From: Pseudogymnoascus verrucosus
Taxonomy: Eukaryota
Length of the DNA: 64,000 bases
Assembly: GCA_001662655.1 (NCBI GenBank)
Contig: KV460240.1
Strand: one strand, 5' to 3'
In this document: piece after piece, positions 13,131 to 26,995 of the stretch
Numbering within the stretch: position 1 is the first letter of the stretch
Layout of the letters: each line of letters starts with the position of its first letter
The notes under the pieces: model-generated
What the model was told of the DNA's origin: nothing
Seen by the model: only the letters and a program-made list of their open reading frames with translations
The model's database searches: none
Program-made: the position numbers and the translations under genes

Positions 13131-13637
13131 AGACGCATCTTACCTAATTCATCCCCATCCCCATCCTCATCCTATCCTTACATCCTCATCCTCCACCTCT
13201 CACCACGCAACGCCTCTCAGCCACCCATCCCCATCCCATCCGCATCCCTAACTCCCTAACCCACGCCCAGCCATCCAAGCACCATCCAAGCACCACCACC
13301 ACCCACTCCTCCCCCAAGCCAACCCTTCCCAAACCGCCGAGGAACAGCCAAGACCGGCACAGCACCGAAACAAGGTACATCCCCAAAAGTAACGCCCCAG
13401 CGCCTGCATACGAACCACGATGAGCGGCGGCGCTTGCGGACGGTGCTCGGGGAGGGGGAGTGGATTGGGGATGGTGGCTTGGCGGGATTGGCGGGGTGTA
13501 GGGTTGGGGGGATGTGGTGTGTGGTGTAAGAGGAGATGGGGGCAGGGGTGGATGGGAGATGGAGAGGGCAGGGGTGGGTGGATGGGATGAGGGCCTGAGG
13601 CTGAAGGGGATGGTGCTGCGGGTGGTGCTGCGGGTGT

Positions 13638-13638
<1 letters not shown>

Positions 13639-13671
<33 letters not shown>
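13639..13671. repeat. (GT)16 microsatellite
   Basis: Read directly. Confidence 0.92.
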
Positions 13672-13674
<3 letters not shown>

Positions 13675-14040
13675 GAAGAGAGAGAGGGATGATGAGGGAG
13701 GAGGTGGGTGTGTGTACAGCAGAGATACGATATACGTGATTTACGTGATGCGACGATACAATACACGATGGATATAGAAACACCACACCACACCACACCA
13801 TCTATACCCATCAACGCGTCCCCGTGAGCGCGTGGCTAAGTGCCTCACCACCACCACCACCTCAACTGCCCTCCTCCTCTCCTCTCATCCTCGCCTCACA
13901 ACACCACACATACTAACCACCCCAAGTGGACCCCAATCCATCACACAGTGGAGCCCCCATCCAGCTCCAACAGGAACGAACACCCACCAGCACATCATCA
14001 TCGTCCCCATTCCCATCCTATCCCATCCCATCCCTCCTCG

Positions 14041-14066
14041 CCGGTGCCGGTGCCGGTGCCGGTGCC
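14041..14066. repeat. (CCGGTG)4 hexanucleotide repeat
   Basis: ccggtgccggtgccggtgccggtgcc read directly. Confidence 0.88.
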
Positions 14067-15880
14067 GCCGGTCGATGGTTCCTCCCGTGCCGATCAAAGA
14101 TTTTTCCTTTTTTGTGCACGCACGTTGCCTCTAGCTTGAGGCGTGAGTGAGGCTGCTCATCCTACCGTGTACTGTACTGTCTGCACCCTCTCTCTTTTTT
14201 TTTGGTGGTTCTCGGAGTGAGTGGGGTGTTTGTGGGGGGTACGTATTTTACTTTACTGTACTGTACTGTTACTGTACGGAGTCTCTTGTCGTGGGTAGGG
14301 GGTTTGCTTGCTTATGTGCGCGCCGGGCGGGCGGGCGCCAGGTGCGACGCTTAGGTGCGTGCTTGTTCTTGTTCCTCTCCCCTCCCTTGTCCTTCTCCCT
14401 CCTCCGCGCTGGCGTGTGCGTGTGTGCGTGCGACCACCCTCCTCCGCCCTTCCTCCCGCCACCCCATTGTCGCGCACCACCACCGCGGCGGAAGGTACAG
14501 ACAGGGAGGGTGTGTGCTTCATACATACATACAGACATACAGACATACATGTGTGCGCACGGTACGTATCTTCGGTGAGTACAGCAGGGCGTGCAGTGTA
14601 GATACAGCGTAGATGCAGATGCAGCTGTCTGCCTGCCTAGGTACATACATAGATGCATCGTACGGCATTGGTGGTGTGTGCGCGATGAGGTACGAGGGAT
14701 GGGGATGGGGACGGGGATGGGCAGCGTGGTGTGGCGGCTGGCTGGTGGTGGTGGTGGTGGAGTGGCTGGCTGGTGTGGCTTGGGGGTGCGGGAGATGCGG
14801 CGGTATGTACGGGGGACGGGGGATAGGATAGATGCGATGAGGTGCAGGATGTGGTGGAGAGTTGTATGGATTGTCGGCGTGGTGTGCCTGAGGCATCGCT
14901 GACTGGGAGTTGACTAGAACTAGATTGACTGCAGGAAGGGTGACGGAGTGGGTGTAGGCGTGGTGGGCGGGTGAAGGGTACGGCGGTAGTCACCTCTAAC
15001 GGTAGTACCTGCGAGGGAAAGGAAGGGCGAGGGTGATTGATCTGCTAGGCTTACCCGTAGATGACGGATGGCTTGTTGGGAGGGGGGGTGTTTGACCAGC
15101 ACCAGCACCACGGCAGAAGGAGGAGGCTAAGGCTAGAGGGTAGAGGCAAGAGGCTAGAGGCTAGACGACGGCTGCGGTTATGTGTGGTGCGTGTCTTAGT
15201 ACGGGGGTACTTTTGGTTAGTAGTAGCTAGCTGTACTGTGGTGGTGCAAGTAGTAATAGTGGATACAGGAATAGTAAGAGAGAGAGAGGGAGAGAGGGAG
15301 AGAAAAAGAAGTGGATCCCACGGACACAACGCGATCTAGCCTCCTCCCTGCTGTACTAGTTAGTTAGTTAGTTAGTGTATACGGAGTGACATCCACTCTG
15401 TCTGCGGATACACAGTACGGAGGGTACCGTACCTAAACACCACCCAAGCACGCACTCCATCGTAACGCAACGCAGTGCAGTTACATAACCTGCAGCCACA
15501 CCCATACCACCACCCACACCATTTTCTCCACACAACGCGCTAACCCCAACCCTGCACTAGTAGGGGCTAGCTGCAGTGAGATGTGCACACACGCATCTAC
15601 TCTACCCCCTCGACACATCGGGCTATACTTAGGCGTTGGTGTGAGGCGATGGGTGGGAGATCCACTTCTTTCTTTTCCCTCGCACAGTCCCTTAGCGTGG
15701 GTGGGTGGGTTAGGGGAGTTTGGAAGGGAGGGGGGTGTGTGTTGAGGGGGAGTTTGGGGGAGGGTTGGGGGTGTGTGGGTGAGTGTGTGTGATGATCGTG
15801 TTGCCGTTGGGGATGGTGGATGGGTACGGGGAGGGACTTGCTGTGTGGTGTTCATGGTGGTGGCGCTTGTGGGAAGGGGA

Positions 15881-15990
15881 GAGAGTGAGTAGTTGGCAAG
15901 AAGCAGCATAGAGAGTGAGCAGTTAGCAAGAGAGCAGCAGAGAGAGTGTGAACAGTTATTAGGAGAGAACAGCAGTTGGCAGGAGAGTGA
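15881..15990. repeat. Degenerate ~30-bp tandem repeat (GAGAGTGAGYAGTTRGCAAG...GCAGCA)
   Basis: gagagtgagtagttggcaagaagcagcata / gagagtgagcagttagcaagagagcagcaga / gagagtgtgaacagttattagg... Confidence 0.6.
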
Positions 15991-17483
15991 TCAGTCAGCA
16001 GCAGAGAGACCACCACCATGTTGTTTGATGGGTGGTGGGTTAGTATGTGTGAGCGTGGTAATGTTATGATGTTCGGCGTTGTTTAATGTGGAGTGCCTGT
16101 ATATGTATGTGTGTGTGTACATCACGGTGTAATCGTATGCAGGTGTACCTCCCGCTCCCTCTCCCTTGCTCTTCCCTGCTCCTCCCTGCCCTATTCTGTT
16201 ATTAACCTTCAACCGTGGAATGTATGTACCCTCCGTGTCTCTAACCCGTACTATCCCTGCTGCAGTAACCTCCAATTTACCACACCCACCACACCTACCA
16301 CACTTACCACACCTTCCCTTTCCCTTTTTGCCGCAACTTGCCATCATCCACCCTTACTTCCCAACACACATCTTCTGCCTGTTCCCCCTAGCTCGAGCCT
16401 TTTCCCCTTCCCGCCCCGCCACACATCTACATGCACTTAGAAGTACTGACTTAGAGTATCTACACACATAGTACAGCCACTCTACACTTGGTCTAAGTGT
16501 GAGTACCTCTAACTACCTCTAACTCCCTGGTTCTATTATCGCTCCGCTTCGTCTTTTTCTTGTCTCTTTCTCCACTATCCTCTACTATCCTCCACTAAAA
16601 TACTAATGTACACACCTTAACTCGCCCTTCCCGCCTTGTTCGCTCGGCCGGCCGCTCTTTCCCTTTTTCTCCATCCGTCAACCACAGTCCCTCTTCCCTC
16701 TGAGTTTCTCCTCCTCCTCCCACTCCTCTTCTTTGCCCTCTCCCCCCCAAAAAATCTTACTTCAACTTAACTTAACTCGTACCCACTCATACGCATCACA
16801 TACGCATCCACCCACCCACTCACTCCCTTCCCCCATCTGCATCCACATCCGCATCCACCCCCCATCCACTACTCCATCCACTCCCCCCTCCCCCCATCCC
16901 ACATCCACTTCCACCTTCCCACCTCCACCTAAATCTATACCATACCCCCATTCTCAATCATAACCCCAACCCACAACATTTTAACAACTATACACCCAAA
17001 AAAGTACCCACACACCCACCACCTGACATTCACACCCCCCCTTCCCCCGTCTATCCCTTCTTCATCTTCGCCTTCTTGGTTCTTCTTCTTCTTCTTACCC
17101 TTCCACGCCTCACCACGTCAACAACAATCATCCTCATCCACCACCACTTCCACCCAACCTCAACCTCTTCCATTTACTTCTTCTCTTCTTTCATTACAAC
17201 ACCCTTTTCAACACTACAATCTATCATCACACCTTATTCACCAACAGCCGCCCATCCTCACTTCTCCAACTCAGCCCCAGACACATCGTCGGAGAGCTCG
17301 ACCATCATTCGACTGGGCCCTCACCCCAGCCGCAATTCGACACTCTCCCTCCCATCGACACCAGACACCGAAGTGCGCGGGTCACACTAGCAACCTCACC
17401 ACCTCTGCGTTCTGCGCATTGCGTCGCGACAACACCGCCAACTTCTTGCCGCCTCGCGCTTAAACACCGTGCCTTCGCTATTG

Positions 17484-20400
17484 ATGGCGTCGCACCACCC
17501 CTCGCCTCCAGGTGCCATGCACCGGATGGCCCCTCACCACCCCTCGCCCACCGCCGCGCTTCACATGGGGCAACAGCACCAGGGCCCGCCGAATGGCCCT
17601 CCCGGCCCTCAGGCAATGGGTCCCGGCCCCGGGCAACAAGGCCCATGGCCAACCGGACCGCCGTCACAGAACCTCCCCGCGATGAACGAGGCGGTCTGGA
17701 TGCAGATTGGTAGGCTCACACGTTCGCTGCTAATGAGACGCACGCGCTGACTGACTTTGCGCAGGGAGCTTCCTCGAACTCGTCAATAGCTCGGATGAGG
17801 CGATCGTCGCGTACGAGCACGCGCTGCGTGCCAATCCGCACTCGATTCCGGCCATGACGGCCATCGCGGGCATCTTGCGACACCAGGAGCAGTTCCCCAA
17901 GGCTGTGGACTTCATCCAGAATATCCTCAAGCTCGACCCGAGCAATGGCGAGATCTGGGGCAGTCTCGGTAGGCAATCAAGATTCATCTACGCTGGGCGC
18001 TAAAACTGACTCCCACAGGACACTGCTACCTCATGATGGATGATCTCCAGCAAGCTTATGCTGCTTATCAGCAAGCGCTGTATCACCTTCGCGATCCCAA
18101 GGTTTGTGTTTGCCAGATCCCTCTTAGAATTGCCCGGTCTAACAGAAACTGCAGGAACCTCGACTTTGGTATGGCATTGGTATTCTCTACGATAGATATG
18201 GGTCATACGAGCATGCAGAGGAGGCCTTTTCGCAGGTTATGCACATGGCGCCAGACTTTGAGAAGTCCAACGAAATTTATTTCCGCCTTGGTATAATTTA
18301 CAAGCAACAGCAGAAGTACGGCCTGTCTCTGGAGGTATGTGTTTCTCTCTCTTGCAAGGCGCATTTCTAACGGTTCCGGCAGTGCTTCAAATACATTGTT
18401 TCGAACCCTCCAGCTCCGCTCACCGAGGAGGACATCTGGTTCCAGATTGGCCATGTCCACGAGCAGCAAAAAGATGTAAGTCGGGCCATTTTTGGACAAC
18501 CAGCGCATTCCTAATATTTCATAGGTCGACAACGCCAAGCTTGCATACAGGCGTGTGCTTGATCGCGATCCGAATCACGCAAAGGTCCTCCAGCAGCTCG
18601 GCTGGCTGCATCATCAGCAGAGCCCGAGCTTCGCCAGTCAGGAGCAGGCGATTGAGTACCTGGAGAAGTCTGTCAATTCTGGTATGTTTTTTCTCCCTCC
18701 ATATTTCAGCTCGAAGGCGACACCGATTTAACACGTGGCAGACAACAACGACGCGCAAAGTTGGTACCTCTTGGGCAGATGTTACATGTCACAGCAGAAG
18801 TATCCCAAGGCATACGAGGCCTACCAACAAGCTGTCTACCGTGATGGCCGGAACCCGACTTTCTGGTGCTCCATCGGCGTCTTGTATTACCAGATCAACC
18901 AGTACCGAGACGCACTCGATGCGTACTCCCGCGCGATACGCCTCAACCCGTACATTTCCGAGGTCTGGTACGACCTTGGCACTCTGGTAAGCTACATCCT
19001 CCCGTGCACGCTGATCCGTTCGGGACATTGCTAACCACACCTGCAGTATGAGTCGTGCAACAATCAGATCAGCGATGCGCTCGATGCGTACCAGCGCGCG
19101 AACGAGCTGGATCCCAGCAACGTCCACATCAAGGCACGCCTGCAGCTTCTCCGAAGTGGACAAGGCATGCCGACGATGAACACTGCTGCGCCGATTCCGC
19201 AAGATGTGCATCCCAATGCGTACCAGCCCACCAACGCCGTCGGTCCGCCAGGGCCTCAATGGGGAGGCCCATCGCAAGCAGCGCCACCAGCGCCATCTGG
19301 GCCACCAGCCGGCCCTGGACCAGGAAACTGGCCCACCAACAGGCTGGCTGAGATCAACCCTCCTCCGCAGCCACCGAACCCGTACGAGCACCGCGAGGCA
19401 GCCCGAGCCCCGCCGCCACCACCTCGCCAGGCGAGCCCAAGGGCGGATCAGCAGATGCGGCCATACCAAGAGCCGCGCTACCTGGGCCCGGTGCCACCGC
19501 ACCGTGCGGCGTCTCCTCACCCTCTTCCTGGACCATACCCAGGACCGGGTGTCCAGCACCCACCAACGATCCAGCAGCAACAGCCGCCCCTTGCGCCACC
19601 GCAGCCACACGCGCCTCCATCTGGTCCCGTGCGTGTCTTGAATCCTAATTATGGTGGCCCAGCACCAAACATCCTTCCTCCCGCACCGCCGAACGGACTG
19701 AACGGGCCACCACCTCCAGGCGGTCCAGGACCGATCCCGCCGTTTGGCCGCGGGAACAGCCCACACCCTGAGGTGCGCCCGATCCTCGACAACAGGATCT
19801 CCTCTCCCACCGCAGCCTACCCTCACCAACAATACCAACCTCACGCCGAGACCCCCACAACCGGTGGCATCGCCAACGGTGCCCCCGCGCCCGCCTCCGC
19901 GCTCGCCGCCGCTGAAGCCGCCGCCGCTGAGCGTAGAGACGAGGGTCCTCCCTCAGTAGGCCCCAAGCGCGTTCGCGAATGGGAAGACGAACTCCCACCT
20001 GTGCAGAAGAAGCCCGCCTCGGAAGAGACCCGCGCACACATGAACGACGTGCACCACCGCCGTCCGTCCACCCCGCCACGCGAGACCTTCCGCCGCAACT
20101 CCTCTGAGGCACGTCGCGAGGACCAGCGCAGGGCGAATGAGAATTACCACCCCAGCGAGGCGGCGCATCACCCGCTGACGCACACGGTGCCAACGACTAC
20201 GCAATTGCCGCCTATGCAGCCCGCTGCTACGCCGACAAGGGAGTCCCTCCCGCCCCCACCATCGGTGGGCAAGGATTACCCAATGGTTGACGCCCCTGTG
20301 GAACGCCGGAGCCCGCAACAGCTTCCTCCACCTCCACCACCACCAACGCAAGCCCAGCCGCAGCCACCGCAGCCGCAGCAGGCTAGCCCGCCGACGCCTG

Positions 20401-20666
20401 TCCCGGCGCCGGCGCCGGCGGAGGAGCGCGCCGCGAGGAAGATGGATGTAGATGAGAATTATGATGATGAAGGGGAGGAGGAGAAGAAGGCGCCCAGCAC
20501 GAATGGAGCACCGCCTTCGGCACCTGGGTCGGCTGGCGGTGCGCCACCAGCGGAGGGAAAGACGGAGTCTCCTGAGAGGGCGAATGGAGCGGGTCCGGGG
20601 TTTTTGGCAAATGGACAGAATGGCACGCCGACGCAGGCGGCTACTAAGGTTGAGGGGACTGCCTAA
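17484..20666 (+). CDS. SSN6: General transcriptional co-repressor Ssn6/Cyc8 (TPR repeats + Pro-rich C-terminus); 8 exons
   Basis: TPR segments NEAVWMQIG, HCYLMMDDLQQAYAAYQQALYHLRDPK, DAQSWYLLGRCYMSQQKYPKAYEAYQQAVYRDGRNPTFWCSIGVLYYQINQYRDALDAYSRAIRLNPYISEVWYDLGTL; seven GT-AG introns between ~17709 and ~19046; C-terminal EERAARKMDVDENYDD motif. Confidence 0.96.
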
Positions 20667-21328
20667 GGTGGGAGGAGGGCTTGTTTTGTACTTGGAATAA
20701 GTAAGAGGGGGTTTTATGAGGAGGAGGTTGTTTTACGGCATACAATTACATTCTTGACGAGAGAACCTTTTTCTTTGTTTAGGGCTGGTCAACTTCTGGG
20801 AAGCGGGGATAGGAGGGGGAATTTGGGGGATAGGGGGGGGGGATTATGGTATGATAGGCTAGTGCTAGGGTAGAAAGCGAATAGGGATATTTGATTCTGA
20901 GTTGGGGTTTTTGATGCAAAAGACGGATGGAGGATAGGTGGGGTGGGGTGGTGTATTCGATTTTACCTGTTTCTTGGGGGTTGGGTGGAGCAATTGGAGA
21001 ATGAAAAATTATTGTGCTCTTAAGTCTTCCGTGTACTCTCTCGTGTTGTGTGAACATGTTGATTTCACCTTGTGGTTTCGTTCTTCATTACGAAGGTCAG
21101 GCGGATATCACGTGTCACAGCCTATTCTTATCAAACGTAGGACGCGGCCGCTAGCAGCCAAAAATGTGGTTACCATTTGGCGGGGTCGTCACCAACGGCC
21201 AAAAGTTAACATAGAGAGTCTGCATTTGAGAAAAGACACGCAAACAAAGCAGAACACACGAGCAAACTTATAAATAACGCCCTACTGGCTACATATAACA
21301 CAGACAGGGTCTGAAACCTTACATCAAA

Positions 21329-22812
<1,484 letters not shown>

Positions 22813-23643
22813 ATGTGTGTTTTGGGGGGTTGTTTGCGGAGAGGGTGGTCCCCGAGGGGAGGGGATGGGGATAGATGATGATGATGATGGATATAGGCTT
22901 GCATAGGGTATGGGAAAAGTTATGAATCAAAAACGACGAACTGATTTCGCGGGTTTTACCTTGGCGATTTAAGCGACAGCTACTGGTCTTATCGTGTCGA
23001 TACTTCCTTTGGGGGGGTTCTTGGAGCTTAGTAGGGCTTTGAGGGAGCTTCTAACAGAGGCGTGGGCTTGATAAGACTAGTAGCGGTCGCTTCAATCGTC
23101 GAGGGGATCTGTGGGCTGGCTTGCGTAATCTCACCTCTATTACGGTGTCTTACGTGCATACATGTGTGTGAATGGAGGTGGTGTTTTGAGCAGGATCCTT
23201 GGTGACTGAGTCGAAGAGTTTCACGGTGCTCATGCAGGTAGGTCTCGCTATTACAGTATCTAAGTCTAGGATGCAATTAGTACTCATGATAAAGTATATC
23301 CTTATGACATTATAACCCCATTACTAGAGTGTAGAAACCCGAAAGCAATAGTGATCTTTTAACTTAAAATTTTGTTATAACCATCCGAGGCTTCGTCACG
23401 ATCGACCATGCCCAAAGCACTGGAGAGATAGAAGGCAGTTCCAATCGCATGAGAAACCCAGATAAAAAAGGCATTTATCTGGGTTTCTCATGCAATCGGA
23501 AGCCGGCCCCCTATCCCCCCCCCCCAATTAACCCAAACCAAACCCCTATTCCTATTCCAATTCCCATTCCCAACCTCCCACCCTACCATGCCTATCCAAA
23601 CACACGAATTGCCACTCCTCATCAAACGCACGCCAACACACGC

Positions 23644-24256
23644 TCAGCTCTCAACACTCAGCGCCTTCGCCCCCACCAACCTCCCCTCCTCCCCCTCCTC
23701 CACACCGACAACCCAGTACTCGACCCTCGTGGCGCCGCGGGGGACGCGGTAGACGCGGACGTCTCCGCCGCTGGTGGCGTCGCGGATGGCGTCGACGATA
23801 GATTTGTACTCGCCCCTCTCGTCCCACTGGCTGATATCTAGGATTTCGATTTCGCGGCCGTCGGGGGAGCCGATGAGGTCTGCGAAGGATTCTGTGCAGT
23901 AATTAGTTACTGTCTCATATCATCTGCGCGGTCGACTCTCTTCCCACTACGTAGAGAAAACCACCCCCATAATAGAGGAAGCAGTACAGGGAAACGAGAA
24001 GAAAAAGACAAAACATACCACCATCAACCATCCCCCTCCCCCCCGTCCCCAAACTCACCCCCTCAAACCCCTCATCCGCATCACTAACATACACCACCCC
24101 TTCTATCGCCTTCCGAATCACCTCTGGCACTTTCGCCCCCTCATCCACAGTCTTGAACCCCTTCTTCCCCGAACCGCTCGCTTGGGCTTCGTTCGACCCT
24201 CCTAAAGGCGCATTCGCCTTCTCCAAGAAGGAGAGATACGATGCGTCGTCTGCCAT
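23644..24256 (-). CDS. Small acidic protein resembling nuclease A inhibitor NuiA; intron 24018-23892; possible upstream in-frame start at 24544
   Basis: Exon 1 MADDASYLSFLEKANAPLGG...IRKAIEGVVYVSDADEGFEGVSL...MVDG, GTATGT donor, CTAAT branch, CAG acceptor, exon 2 ESFADLIGSPDGREIEILDISQWDERGEYKSIVDAIRDATSGGDVRVYRVPRGATRVEYWVVGVEEGEEGRLVGAKALSVES-stop. The gene model is solid; the NuiA similarity is by eye. Confidence 0.8.
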
Positions 24257-24996
24257 TCCTCGTTTCTGCTGCCGCGGCGCCGCGCGAGCTGCTGGGAGTG
24301 CTTGTGCTTGTGCTGGTACTCCTGCCGGTGAAGCTGGAGCGGTAGCCCGTGAGCGCGATGACAGCGCAGCGAAGACGCGGGGAGGTAGGCGTGGGCGCGG
24401 GATCGTGGCTGTAGGCGGAGCGGAAGTGGGAGATGCGTGGAGGGTATCGAGCTCGTGCGTTTCTGGGACTGCTGGTGCTGGTGGTGGTTGGGAGCTGCGG
24501 TTGCGGTTGCGGACGGTGTGGAAGAGGGAGAGGATGACGCCCATTTGTGGTTGTGCTGGTGCTGGTGGTGGGTGGTTGGTGGTGGTTTGTGTTGCGCTGG
24601 GGGCGGGGTGGGGTGGGGTATGACGCAGGTTGGTTGTGGGTGGTCTTGGCGGATGCGGCGATTGAGTGATTGATTGATGGGGCTCACGATGGATGGCACG
24701 GGACCTGGTGGGAGGGGGGATTTTTTTTACGGAGATTTGAAGATTTAGATAACATTTGATATTTCACGATTGGATGTTTAGAAGGCACAGCACGCATGAG
24801 GGGAATCGGAAGCATTTTTGTGATATGCTCATCTAGCATGTGTTTTCATGTCTAGCTAAGCACCACGCGAGGATATCGATTTGCACACCGTTACGGCAAA
24901 CACATGATGCCCCGAAACCCTCCGCTCCCCGCCCAGAAAAAACGATTTTCCCTTAGTACACCAGCGCGACAACGACCAACAACATGAGCGACAGGC

Positions 24997-26532
24997 TTAC
25001 GACTGCTGCACGAGATCCTTCTTGAGGGTACCGAGGAAGGCACGCTTCTCGGCGGGGGTCTGGTAAGCACCGTGGCCGAACTTGGACGAGGTGTCGATCC
25101 ACTTGAGGTCGACCTTCTCGAGGGCCTTGCGCGAGGTGTGGGTCCACATGGACTTGCGGAGGGTCATGACACGCTTCTTGACACCGGGGACGGAGCCCTT
25201 GACCATGACGAAGTCGTTCTTGACCTCACCGTAGCGGACGAAACCACCCATACTGCGATGTTGTTAGTTTATGTTAAATTACGCACAGAAGACTGATGGA
25301 ACTTACGGGGTGATGGTCTTCTTGGAGACATCGAACTCAGTCGAGGCGTTACCCTCGTCAGCTCCGGAACCAACACGGTAAACCTTGTGGTTGCACGAGG
25401 TACGGTGATGGTATCCATCCTGACCGGCACGGGCAACAGTCCATTGGACGTGCGACGGATGCCAGGCACCGATACAGGCGACCTTACGGAGACCCTTGTG
25501 CGTCTTTCTCGGGAGCTTCTTGGTTCCCCAACGGCTGGTGACACCGGAGAAACCCTTACCCTTGGTGACGGCGATAACGTCAATCATCTCATCCTGCTCG
25601 AAGATGGAGGCGACCTCGACTGGCTTCTCGAAGAGACCAGCGGCGAACTCGACCTTCTCGGCGACAGAGCCACCGTTGATCTGGACCTCCATAAGGTGGG
25701 CCTTCTTTTGCTTGAGCGGGGTCTTGCGGATCTGGGTGTGGGCGAGGACACGGACGACGGTGCAGTACTTCTTGATGCGCTCGAGCTCGCGGGTGATGGA
25801 GGAACCGGAAGCCTCGGAGTGCTTCTTGGCGTACTTGGTGAAGGCCTTCTTCTTGGACTTGTACCAGTTCTTGTAGAAGCGGCGCTTCAGGTCGTCGGAC
25901 AGATGCTCGGCCCAGACGGTGGTGAGGGATCGGAGACCACGGGGAGTCTCAATGTAGCCAACAAGACCAACAACGATCATCTATAGAGATGTTAGCCATA
26001 GGCACAAAGCCAAGCGGGCTGCGTTGCTCGTACTGGTGGTGTCTCAATGACAGTGACAGCCTCAACAACCTCCTTCTTGTGCGACTTTGCGCCGGGACGG
26101 TCGAGGTCGCGGACGATGGTAGTCATACCAGCCTTGTAGCCCATAGTGGCAGTAAGGTGGACTGGCTTCGAGGCGTCATCCTTGGGGAACCTGGGTAGAA
26201 CCGCAAAAGTCAGTTCAGATCCTTCAAAAGACTTGAACCGTTTTTTCGACGACCAAAGGCCGCCGATATGTTATCTGGGACAGGAAGAACTTACGACTTG
26301 ACCTTTCCGCGGTGACGGGCGGCCCTCTTGCGAGGAAGGTATGCCAGAGAACCGTGGCGGGGCGCTGTAGATATTGTCAGGAATTGCTTCTCGAAGATCA
26401 AGAGGCACGAGATGCAATCAAATCGTCGTCGCGGCTGCGCTTTCCAGGTCGAAATAGTCCGCGACTTCGATAGAAGGCCTCTCAATACCAGGAAGGATTG
26501 AAATGCGTACCTTCGAACTTTCTGTGAGACAT
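24997..26532 (-). CDS. RPL3: 60S ribosomal protein L3 (uL3); 5 exons
   Basis: [36 protein letters not shown]...; [64 protein letters not shown]...[15 protein letters not shown]. Confidence 0.99.
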
Positions 26533-26995
26533 GGCGATTGTCGTTGTTGTCGATTGAAGAGCTGGAGGAAGAAGTCCAAGTGCGCCGCAATCGAAAATAT
26601 TGAGTATATTGTTGTGTGTGGGCCGATAAAAGTAAGCGAAAAGTGGTTAACTATAAATGGATTAGCGCGGGTGTGGGCTCAGTTCCGCCGAGTCTCAAAT
26701 GAGGCACGACCATCACGACCGACATCAACGAGACGGACGACTATCATTAATTTATTTATTACTATATTCTTATAGATCCCGCTATATAGATATTATCCAC
26801 ACCTACTGCGCCGACATAGTAGCTATCTTCACCAAAAAAAAAACACAAGTATCAGTTCGCATCATAAGATTTGCATACCAAAATCTATCAAAGTCTGTCA
26901 GGCCTTTTGTCTTTCATACATGTCCGCTTTCGCATTGCTCTGTTTCCAAATATATCATTTAAAGCATCCAAGCAAAAATATCCAAGAATCAACCC

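Noticed and set aside
11597..16471. Numerous 60-250 aa ORFs in the region upstream of SSN6
   Set aside because: Translations are microsatellite-derived low complexity (HT, VC, poly-G/P/T) with no consistent splice structure or domain.
18789..19844. 351-aa Arg/Trp-rich minus-strand ORF
   Set aside because: Antisense shadow of the Pro-rich SSN6 C-terminus.
6604..20666. SIF2 and SSN6 co-repressor genes as a functional cluster
   Set aside because: Separated by an unrelated gene and 6 kb, and they belong to different complexes; proximity is plausibly chance.
25387..25986. 199-aa + strand ORF antisense to RPL3
   Set aside because: Shadow ORF expected from the strong codon bias of a highly expressed gene; no independent protein features.
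26190..26510. Possible intronic snoRNA in the longer RPL3 introns
   Set aside because: No RTGATGA box C paired with a terminal box D and stem, and no clear H/ACA architecture by eye; an Rfam scan would be needed to exclude it fully.
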